Shown here: positions 53,911 to 64,000 of the stretch, piece by piece
How positions within the stretch are numbered: the stretch's first letter is position 1
How the letters are laid out: every line of letters starts with the position of its first letter
Assembly (NCBI GenBank): GCA_004764695.1
Contig: SMSO01000004.1
Coordinates: 1,240,001 to 1,304,000 of the forward strand
Direction: 5' to 3'
Origin: Schizochytrium sp. TIO01
Taxonomy: Eukaryota; Protista; Bigyra: Labyrinthulomycetes
Length of the DNA stretch: 64,000 nucleotides
Made by a program: the position numbers and the translations under genes
Notes under the pieces: model-generated
The model's input: only the letters and a program-made list of their open reading frames with translations
Databases searched by the model: none
Told to the model about the DNA's origin: nothing

Positions 53911-55980
53911 GATAACGAGACTTTGCCATTATGAGATTTCGTACTAATAACAAGAGTGTCTGAATTCAGATTGGAGTATGTTGTCAATATAGGCTAGCTG
54001 TTGTCAGTATAAGCTAGTTCTACACACGTAAAACTCAGAATAACATTTCAAATTTTTTCCAACTTGAAAAGAGTTCATCCAGATCCTTCATTACACAAGA
54101 CTTGAGTCAGTCCAGCCTCATTACATCTAGGCTTCGTACTGAAAGCTAATCCATGATCAGTGAGAGGTTGATTGGGAATAGAAAGGCAATGATCTTGGAA
54201 TGTATGTTAAGTCTTAAGAAGATATTTTATGCTGAGACCTATGAACATAGCGATCTGCTTGCCTTGAAGATGAATACGAATGTGTGCTGATTCATATTCT
54301 AATAAGGAGGTTAAAGTCAATTTTATTTGTATAACACATAACTCAAGAATTTAGATTTCTGAACTTTGAATTCAATCTTCATGTTCGCTTGACGATATAG
54401 TGTACTTTCACTCTTGAAATTGCATAGCCTCACACCTTTAGAATGTGACAGTCAATGTACAATCCCTGATGGCTTAGGGCTGCTAATTATACGCCAAGGA
54501 CTCTGGAAGTATCCTGTCCATATGTAATTGGTAATCTCAGAATCTAGATTTGCAAGGCAAATTACATTGATCTATTTAAAGTCCATTCAAGTGTTTATCG
54601 AAACAACTGTATCATGGAGATCTCATTAACTTGGTCAAATGGATGAAAAAAATACCATATCAAAAACGATTAAATAAAATTTTATGTTGTTCGACATCGC
54701 AGGTAAATTCATATACTTTTCATACATTGTTTTGTGTATCAGTCATGCCTAAACAGACAATGGCAATCCTAAATTAACTATTGCAAAGGAGTTTTGTTTA
54801 GCACAGCCCATAACTTAAGAGTGCGAACCAGCCGAGTTGCGTTTGTATCGGAAGCTCTGTTCATTTGAATTTCAGGTTGTACTAAACCGATGGGAATATA
54901 ATCATAAGGAAGAAATATGCTTTCCCGTAAAACCCTGTCAAATCGCATGCTTAGAGACATGTTTTGTGTCTCTCCACTCATTAACCAAGCCATCCCTTTG
55001 AGTAAATTTCTTGCATGAAATACTTTGATCAAGAGGAGATGAATTTGCTTATATATATAGATTGCAAAGAAGAAAGTTAGCATTCTATGCGGACTTAAAA
55101 TAGAACACGCTGAAACATCAAGAAAACGTACTCGACTGTTCCCAGATAGACTGCAAAGGTCGGAGACTGAGTTTAAGACCTTTTTATCACTCTTTTCTTG
55201 GGTCGGGATATGCTATGAGGAGAGCCGAATGCGATATAAACTTAGGACTCTAATTTGCAAAAGGAATTCATGTTACCATCTGTGCAAACATTTAAACAAC
55301 GCGAGCACCGGAGACCGAGGACGGTTTGGAAAGAGAAAATTAAACAAACAAGCATTTTTTTTATTTTTAAATAAGGGTCTTTTGCAATGCCTACAACTCA
55401 CCTTGATTAAGAAATTAGTCGAATGGCAAAAGATAAGTATAATTTCCTCGTGAAAGCTATAGTTACTACTGAGAAGAAAAGCAGATACAGATACAACATT
55501 TCAGTATGACTTTCCAAGGCTTAAAGAAATACCTTTGTGACCGACGGCTGATGTGTGACACCACATGAGATACTCTGGTAACAGGGAACGAAGGGAACAA
55601 AGCAAGAGTCGAGAGTAATTTGCAAAACAAATCCGACAGCTGACCCGAAACGACCTGAATCAATCCGAACCGATTTGATAAGACTACGAGCTACCAAAGA
55701 CAGCTATCAACCCTTGCTTGATAATAACTGAGCACAACAATCTCCAACATTTTCTCAATCACCTTTAAGCAATCACAATTACGTTACATTAGTTACAAGT
55801 TGTGCGTGTTTAGTAAAAGCCTCCCAAACTATCTTGAGATTCAAATTAAAGTCTCCCTCAAATTAAATTTGTATAAAAGGCTGGCATAAAAAGAAACAAT
55901 GTAATTTATTTTTATGCGACAACACGCTCACCAGCTTTGTGGCAAGCATCTCTCTTTAATCGATCATATAAGACAAAAGA

Positions 55981-57515
55981 TGTAGCACCCTTTTCTTATT
56001 TGGGGCCCGCGTGTATGTAGGGGCATGATTCATTGCGAAACTCAAGAGTTTGTTCAAGCAAAATGTCTTCTGAGAAAATAGTTATTTTCCGCTTGAAAAT
56101 ATAGAAGAAGATTTGATTTGGAAAACTAAACTCAAGTCAATCTCTATTTCGTCAATCCTGACAGATATGACATGCAGCACCCTTTCCTTATTTGGGGCCC
56201 GCGTGTATGTAGGGACATGATTCATTGCGAAACTCAAGAGCGTGCTCAAGCAAAATGTCTTCTGAGAAAATAGTTATTTTCCGTTTGAAAATATAGAAGA
56301 AGATTTGATTTGGAAAACTAAACTTAAGTCAATCTCTACTTCGTCAATCCTGACAGATATGACATGCAGCACCCTTTTCTTATTTGGGGCCCGCGTGTAT
56401 GTAGGGGCGCGATTCATTGCGAAACTCAAGAGTTTGTTCAAGCAAAATGTCTTCTGAGAAAATAGTCATTTTCCGTTTGAAAATATAGAAGAAGTTTTGA
56501 TTTGGAAAACTAAACTTAAGTCAATCTCTACTTCGTCAATCCTGACAGATATGACATGCAGCACCCTTTTCTTATTTGGGGCCCGCGTGTATGTAGGGGC
56601 GCGATTCATAGCGAAACTCAAGAGTTTGTTCAAGCAAAATGTCTTCTGAGAAAATAGTTATTTTCCGTTTGAAAATATAGAAGAAGATTTGATTTGGAAA
56701 ACTAAACTTAAGTCAATCTCTACTTCGTCAATCCTGACAGATATGACATGCAGCACCCTTTTCTTATTTGGGGCCCGCGTGTATGTAGGGACATGATTCA
56801 TTGCGAAACTCAAGAGTTTGTTCAAGCAAAATGTCTTCTGAGAAAATAGTTATTTTCCGTTTGAAAATATAGAAGAAGATTTGATTTGGAAAACTAAACT
56901 TAAGTCAATCTCTACTTCGTCAATCCTGACAGATATGACATGCAGCACCCTTTTCTTATTTGGGGCCCGCGTGTATGTAGGGGCGTGATTCATTGCGAAA
57001 CTCAAGAGTTTATTTAAGCAAAATGTCTTCTGAGAAAATAGTTATTTTCCGTTTGAAAATATAGAAGAAGATTTGATTTGGAAAACTAAACTTAAGTCAA
57101 TCTCTACTTCGTCAATCCTGACAGATATGACATGCAGCACCCTTTCTTATTTAGGGCCCGCGTGTATGTAGGGGCGTGATTCATTGCGAAACTCAAGAGT
57201 TTATTCAAGCAAAATGTCTTCTGAGAAAATAGTTATTTTCCGTTTGAAAATATAGAAGAAGATTTGATTTGGAAAACTAACTTAAGTCAATCTCTACTTC
57301 GTCAATCCTGACAGATATGACATGCAGCACCCTTTCCTAATGCGGAATCCGCGCGTATGTAGGGACATAATTTATTGCGAAACTCAAGAGCTTGTCCAAG
57401 CAAAATGTCTTCTGAGAAAATAGTTATTTTCCGTTTGAAAATATAGAAGAAGATTTGATTTGGAAAACTAAACTCAAGTCAATCTCTACTTGGTCAATCC
57501 TGACAGACATAACAT
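55981..57515. repeat. Tandem satellite-like array, 8 units of 192 bp (one 190 bp)
   Basis: agcaccc anchor at 55984, 56176, 56368, 56560, 56752, 56944, 57136, 57326. Stops occur in all six frames of the unit. Confidence 0.95.
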
Positions 57516-60290
57516 TTAGTACCTCTCACTTCTGCGTGAAACCCGCGCAAACTTAAAGACATATGTTATTGCACATCTCAAGAGATTATTCAAAACAACT
57601 GTTCTGATGTATACCTCTAAATCGCCTTCTCTAAGAAAGATAAACGTAACACATGTAGAATTAAGCAAGTTATAATCACTCAGGCAAGACTTTTTGAATG
57701 ATCCTACCTTTTTGGTTTCCGTCCCTAAGTGAGCTCTCTTGGATGATGTCTCGTGGAGTATTGGCCGGAACCAAGCCAAAAAAGGATAATATAGCCGTTA
57801 GAAATGCTTTGTTCTTCACAACTTATAATATATTTAATTTTAAAAAATCAAAAAAATCAAGGGACTCATTCCTAAAGCAAACACACGCGATTTAGTCGAT
57901 TTTTCGCGGAACGGATCAGTCCAATTATGATGTATATGCTTGAGCTGCGGGGGGAGGGGAGGGTGTGTTAATGAGCATCAACTAACTCCGCTCTCGATTA
58001 AGGGGTTGTTTACTGTTTGATCCTTATTTTTACTCAAAGAAAAATCTGATTTTATGTAAATCCACCAAAGCAATGCTTACGACCTTGATTGACTCGTTCA
58101 TGCGACCTATAAGAATATGTTCTGACTAGTCAGAATGGTTTCGCATTGTACTTTGAAAGTTTTCCAAATTTAAGATTTTCGATTTTTAATAACAATGTTT
58201 TAGAGTACCTCAGAATTGTGGTAATGAGTCTCTCATTATTTCTAAAATTTTGAAAATGTCTATGAAAAATAGAAAAAGTAGAAAACTGACGAGACATGAA
58301 ACCTTACAATCATTACTTTCTAACGGGTGCTCATTTGAGCCTCCACAGTCGTTCTTGTTCAGTTCATATATATAATATGTAAAGAGCATTCTAAGGGAAG
58401 GTTCCTTTGAATTCGTTGGGGACTACAGAAGTGCATCGAGGGAGAAAAATATACAAGCTTGCGAATTGGTAAGCACAAGACGATGACGTACTGATTAAAG
58501 AAATAATTTTTTTTATTACTTTGTGCATGCGGATTCTCCTACTGCAGCATCATTGGTTACATCTTCTCTTTGCATCTATTTAGTCGAAGCGACGTAAACT
58601 GTTTTCTGATTTAAAATACACAGACTGCTTCTTCATGTAAGATGTGCATAGATCCCGTATGGACAACCATGTTAGAGTAGAGCATATTGCTCAAATGTTG
58701 CCAGCTGAGCTAGGAAGAGCCGAACTCAGCACGATTTAAATACATCACATTAGTATAGATTGATTGTGTGTTTTGTAGGTTCTTTTTCAGCATGACATAT
58801 GAATGCTGAAAGGCAGCTACTCAATAGTGTGAGCTAACTTTCACAGAGTGCCATGAAACTACGCTTCACTCTATCTCTTTTTTGTACCCCAACTTATAAA
58901 AACGAATTTGCTACTACGGAAGAGTTTTATGCATACCTTTGTTGAAAGAAACCGAGGGATTATTCGTGTGACGCTGAGAGCCCTATTCAGGTAAATAGAG
59001 ATTTTTGTACTGCAGAAGAGGATAAGAGGGTACGGACATTCGACGACCAAGGAAAGATTCAGACTGATCCATGTTGCTTTAAATTTTATCATAGCACTTG
59101 CCAACATGCTCGCGCCAAGAGGAGGCGCGGGCTTTCTGAAAGCCTCCCTAGTACTTTCAATACAAAAAAAGTAAAGATAAGGCTTTAGAATCCTCTTATC
59201 TTTTAAGCACATGGTATGGTTTAAGATTGATTTATGATCTCTATTTGGGATTACAAAATCCCAGTCATATTCTGAAGGAGATAGTAAAGTTGGAAATTTG
59301 TGTTTACCGCTTTCTTTTGGAATTTTGTCTCAAGCTCCGTATTGCCGAGCTTGTTTTAGAAGCCACGTGCTGTTTCTTCCTTACCAACAATTTTGTAAAA
59401 TAAAAGAAGTCAATTTAAACATCAGCGTTCAAGACTTTTTAAAGCTGTAAATATCTAATATCTTGATAATGTCAAATGCGTCAGTTGCTTGACATGTAAA
59501 AGGCAACTTACCAAGCTGTATGTTTTCCGTTCCTGAATGAAATTTGAAGAGTAAGCTAAGTTACTAGAGCAGAAGTAGTAAAGGTTTTGCAAATTGGGGA
59601 TTTAAAAAGTAATGTAGAGAATTTGAGACTTACCCATCACTGATTTGGGTCTTGGTCTACTAAGAATTGTTACTGTCTGCATTTCATATGTAGTAAAAAA
59701 TGAATAATAGAAACTGTGCAGCGACTTGGATAGATAAAAGATGCTTTTTACAATTATGCATTTACATTCAATCAAAAATCAAGATTTCTGAGCAATCGTG
59801 CTATATCCACGATCTTCACATATTAACTGAATCGAAAGTATATACATTTGACTTTTTTTTTTTTTTTTTTTTAAAATTAAATAAATTAAATCCTACACCC
59901 TCAACATTCTGGAGAACTTTAGAAGAAACCAGCCAAATGCTTTGCAACCTGGCAGCGCTACCAACTTCTGGATAGAACCTCTCTCTAGTCATTCAAGCCT
60001 GAGCTGTTTTTAAGCTTCCACTATACTTTGTTTGTCTTGCAGTAATCAGTGTCTTCCACATATTCTCAATCAAGGACGTAGCTCTGACATCGATGAATTG
60101 AACAATGCATAGGCTAGTGGATATTTAGTAGAAATGCACTTTTGCCTGAAGTAATCCCTTGTAGAGCATTATAGGAGGTGTAGTTGTTAGGTAATAAAAA
60201 TTTAATTATCAAAAAAGGAATAACGAATTATCCATAAGTGATGACGGTGTAGCAACGAGCTCTAGCTACCATGCTAATATGACCCCTGCC

Positions 60291-61361
60291 TGTGCCTCAA
60301 GCAAGTCCTTAACAGTCGTATTCAAAGCATATTTCCTAGTAGGAAGCTATGCACTGCCACAATAGTCTCATTTTGATCCGGTGAAAATGAGTACGTGTGT
60401 ACTATAGATTCGATTAATGTTTCGCCCATTCTACTAACTCAGGAACGCAAAGGCAGAGCTTAAGGCAATCAACGCACCTCACAAGATGGTAATAGATTTT
60501 GAGCTATTTTCTTTCTGACCTAAACATCAATGCTCACTAATGCATATTGTAACAGTAATTAAAAAATCTTTTGATAATTACTCAAACGTACTAGAATTGT
60601 GAGGAAGATTTATTATCCCTATTCAATAGAAAAGTTCGCTGGCATCTAACATGGAAATATAGCAACGGTGCAAAGTAATTTTAAACTATAATTCAAAATC
60701 AAAACGCAAAACCAACCCAGCACACAAGCAAAACCCAAACTATAACCGAGTCTTCTCGAAGTCCGCTTGACTGAGACAAGCTGTGCTCTATAAGCTGCAA
60801 CCTAGAAGAAAGCTGAGCTTCCTATAATATTGAAGTAGTTAGCAGGTTCACGTTTCGTCGAAGCAATGTCGCGCATACTATTTTTAGTAACAACTGTAGC
60901 ACTTCTTGTTCACGAAGGCAAGGCTGACTGCTCAGTAACCGCTTCCCCACTAGCTTGCGAACTTTGGAGTGCGCTCCAAGACAACTTTGGCGGTGCCAGC
61001 TGGTCCGCAATGCGGCACTTCTGCTACTAATTCACGTTATATAAACCCTTGTGGCAACGCGAAATGCCCTGTTCAAAGCGGTCTCGTCACGTGCAATGGC
61101 AATAGTCAAATTACTTCATTTAATTTCGGCTCCGATAATAACTTGGTTGCGGAAGCTGATATCTCCAGCTTCGTCAGCATGCTTGAGACTTACAGGGATT
61201 CGTACAATTTTAAAACTTTGACTCTGCAAAATCAGGTTAGCTTGGCCCTTAACGAATGCCTTGCACCTTGTGCCGATGGTATCACATGCGATTTCACTGG
61301 TTCTGAGTGCACTGGTAGCTGTACTACCGATGGAATCTGCGTCACTGATGCACCTACGCCT
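60291..61361. repeat. Right arm of inverted segmental duplication (partner 384..1479)
   Basis: Reverse-complement similarity over upstream region, signal peptide and first Cys-rich domain. Confidence 0.9.
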
Positions 61362-61979
61362 AGTCCTACGGTTGCTCCGACTGCGCCCACCACCCCTGCC
61401 CCGACCCAAGCCCCAACCCCTGTCCCAACCACAGCAGCACCAACCACACCTATTCCAACCTCTGCGCCGACTACTCCAGCACCAACCCCTTCGCCGACCG
61501 CTCAACCAACAAAGAAACCTACATCTCAACCAACACAGAAACCTACGAAAGGTGTAGGATGCGATCGTCTCAATAAGCTCCATGCCAGGCGAAACTGCAA
61601 CCTTTGGAATTCTTTAATGGATGCTTTCACATCAGATGATTGGAAAGTTTGCAAGCGTTCCCGCAATGAGAACCCGTGCAGTCCAGATGCATGTGCTCGG
61701 CGTCAAGGCCTTGTAGATTGCAGATTTGGACGCGTCATGAGAGTCAGATTTGAGCGTAACGTTGGTTTGACATGGAATCCTCTTACTAACGTTACTGCTT
61801 TCGAAGAAACTTTGCTCGAAGCGAACCAAAACTTGTTCAAGAGGTTGAAAGTTAACAGACAGACTTCGCTCAATCTCGACACATGCTTTCCTAACTTGTG
61901 TTCAACCATTAGTTGTGCCTTTCAGGCTGGATCTGTATGTACTGGTGCATGCACAGAAAATGGACAATGTGCACCTTAA
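60866..61979 (+). CDS. Secreted two-domain Cys-rich protein with PT-repeat linker; +1 frameshift at ~61008-61010 (error or pseudogene)
   Basis: ATG 60866 gives MSRILFLVTTVALLVHEGKADCS...ASWSA, then TCC GCAA TGC has one base more than the paralogs (ACC GCA TGC / ACC GAA TGC). Removing it gives ~370 aa: domain A, PT linker, Arg-rich domain B. Confidence 0.8.
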
Positions 61980-63633
61980 CTTGATCAATGTCATAAGGAG
62001 TCTTTTAACCAGAAATAAGAAAACTTAAAAGTGGCGATATAGCTGATATTTTGTCTGAGTGAAACCATTGCACAAACCAACTTATGTTATAGGCCTGCAT
62101 CACGCTGCTGTACTGAGTTACTTGCTTTACGCGCTAAAAAGAAACGCGATGTCAACTTGCTTGAATAATTTCACTTTGAAGAGTAAATTCTAGTCTGCTG
62201 AAAGATGAATCTGATCAGCTGAATGTTGCCTAAGAAGATCACAACAAAAGGATCAATGGAGGCATAGGACAACTTGATTAGCTTTGGCGTTGAGAGTTAG
62301 CGATCTGCTGTTTTTGGAAGCAGGCTAATGCATTTCCTAGTTAGGAGTCTATACTTGATCTGTGCTAGACACAATTGACGTGGTTAAGTTAACTCATCTC
62401 TTCAATGCTCAACTCCGATTTCACCTTATTTGATTTTAGCAATTACGTCTATAAATGTTTTGCACTTGACTTCGCAGTCTTGACTCCACAAGCACCCAAA
62501 CCTGATTGTCGCGTTCTGTTCCATTGGAAATCTGAATCCTTGAGGTCTTACAATGGAACGCCAGGAACTCAAACGATGTCTTGTCGAGGAGCTCCTTCAA
62601 AATTGGAATTTCAACACAATCAAGCACAGTTGTAATCCGCACCATGGTCGACCCATTCATGCTAAATAGAGTACACCAGTCAAGCTAGAAATTTTGTAAG
62701 TTTCTTCCTGGGGTTTCCAAACAAGAAAATACTTAAACAAGATCTCCATCTCCCGCACATATGCATTCAACACTGCCTATCAGAAATGCTTTCAGTAACT
62801 TTGAGTTGGAAATATTTTGCAATTTTGAGTTGGACATGCAACAAGAAGCACTTTTGATCTAAAGGGGTTTGTAAGACCAAATAATGTCAGCTTATCAAAC
62901 TCTGCGTATAGACTTGGATAAGGCGCAATCATTTTCACAAACCAAATTTATTTTAATTAAAAAAACCGAAACCACATTCCCATTCTAGTATGGACAGATT
63001 CGCAGAGTTGAAGTACATTTTTATTTTTTTTAAATCTTGCGCTTATCGAAATGTTGACGGTATTATACAGATTGAAAGTCATATTTTTATGGATTGCCTG
63101 GCATTAGAGAGGCATATAAGAAAAACATTTTTCATAGGCATCTGTGAGGATTTCTCTGAACTTGAAGGCAGGAAGGCGGAGCATTTCACGAGGTTACTAT
63201 CTCCATAACTTAATCGTGAAAAATCCGGGGACAGCCTTTCGTACGATAGATTTTAATGCTAAGATTTTCGGACTTGTGTAAATACCGTGCATATATTCTC
63301 TCAATATGTAGACTCGGATGCAAATCACGCAAATGTCTTCCCATCATGCATTTACTAAGGAGAGTTCTAGATGATTAGACTTGATGTGACAATTTTTGGA
63401 TGAGGCCCATGTTTGCTTTGAGCCATCTGCAAGGATAAAATGGTAGATCAAGTCATTTTCATGGGGAGACTGATCACAACGTAGGCGGGAATTCGGAAAG
63501 CTGTTTGCTAAGAGCCAACTAAAAAAAAAACTTCTGTTGCTATACTCACGAAGAGAAACATGCAGAATAAAATTTAACAGGTAAACAAGAGGCTATGCGA
63601 ATATCTACGATACAGTTCACTTTAGTTGTTCAT

Positions 63634-63724
63634 CGTATTGCTAGATATTGCGAGGTCTAAATTATATACACAACGTATTGCTAGATATTGCGAGGTCTAA
63701 ATTATTTACACAACGTATTGCTAG
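63634..63724. repeat. 40-bp tandem repeat x~2.3 (cgtattgctagatattgcgaggtctaaattatatacacaa)
   Basis: Copies start at about 63634, 63674 and 63714. Confidence 0.8.
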
Positions 63725-64000
63725 GTAGGAGTCTTAAATTGGCCAAAAGTACGAAGTGGTAAGGAAAATAGATGCATGTAGTACTTATAAAACTACTACG
63801 TCTTAAATTGGAAAGTGTACTAAAATCCTATCTATCTTCCTTACCAATTCGTATGGGTTAAACCTTCTTCATTGAAACTAGATGAGCATGGTAGTATTCA
63901 TTAACTTCAGACTAATCAAAGACTCGCCCGCTTACTCTAGGTACTAAGTACGTACTCAGGAACAAGCTTGCTTGTAGGTAGCGTAGGTAGTACATACCTG

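Noticed and set aside
55981-57515. CRISPR array or repeat-protein gene
   Set aside because: No unique spacers, eukaryotic context, no cas genes, and stops in all six frames.
1-61361. Inverted repeats as terminal inverted repeats of a giant transposon (Polinton/Maverick-like)
   Set aside because: The arms are diverged host surface genes, and the interior holds housekeeping genes with no integrase, polB or capsid.

Overview
Eukaryotic, intron-poor genomic DNA. The overall style (long single-exon genes, PT-repeat surface proteins, microsatellite-rich AT spacers) suggests a stramenopile protist such as a thraustochytrid; this is an inference. Recognisable genes: ORC3, a polyQ-tailed Sir2-family deacylase, an ER saposin/DUF3456-type protein, a DHHC palmitoyltransferase, a SAP/HeH-repeat protein ending in a CaaX box, a hypothetical HTH protein and a membrane-anchored acidic protein. 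The dominant feature is a ~21.3 kb minus-strand locus (41190->19926) split by one +1 frameshift near 31.6 kb. Joined, it encodes a ~7,090-aa protein with C2, 19 Tudor-like repeats in RS-rich linkers, six degenerate EF-hand-like lobes, a duplicated EF-pair/PUB/PUB module, WD40-like blades, a pseudokinase, ARM/HEAT-like repeats and further EF-hands. Three paralogous secreted Cys-rich/PT-stalk genes are present. Two sit at opposite ends of the window as an inverted duplication that includes their promoters, and two carry single-base frameshifts that hide their signal peptides from the ORF track. Non-coding features include an 8 x 192-bp tandem array, a 2 x 231-bp duplication, a hexamer microsatellite and an ~8 kb GC-island/microsatellite mosaic upstream of the sirtuin. 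Several single-base indels suggest the assembly is indel-prone. No rRNA, tRNA, CRISPR array or intact transposon was recognised.
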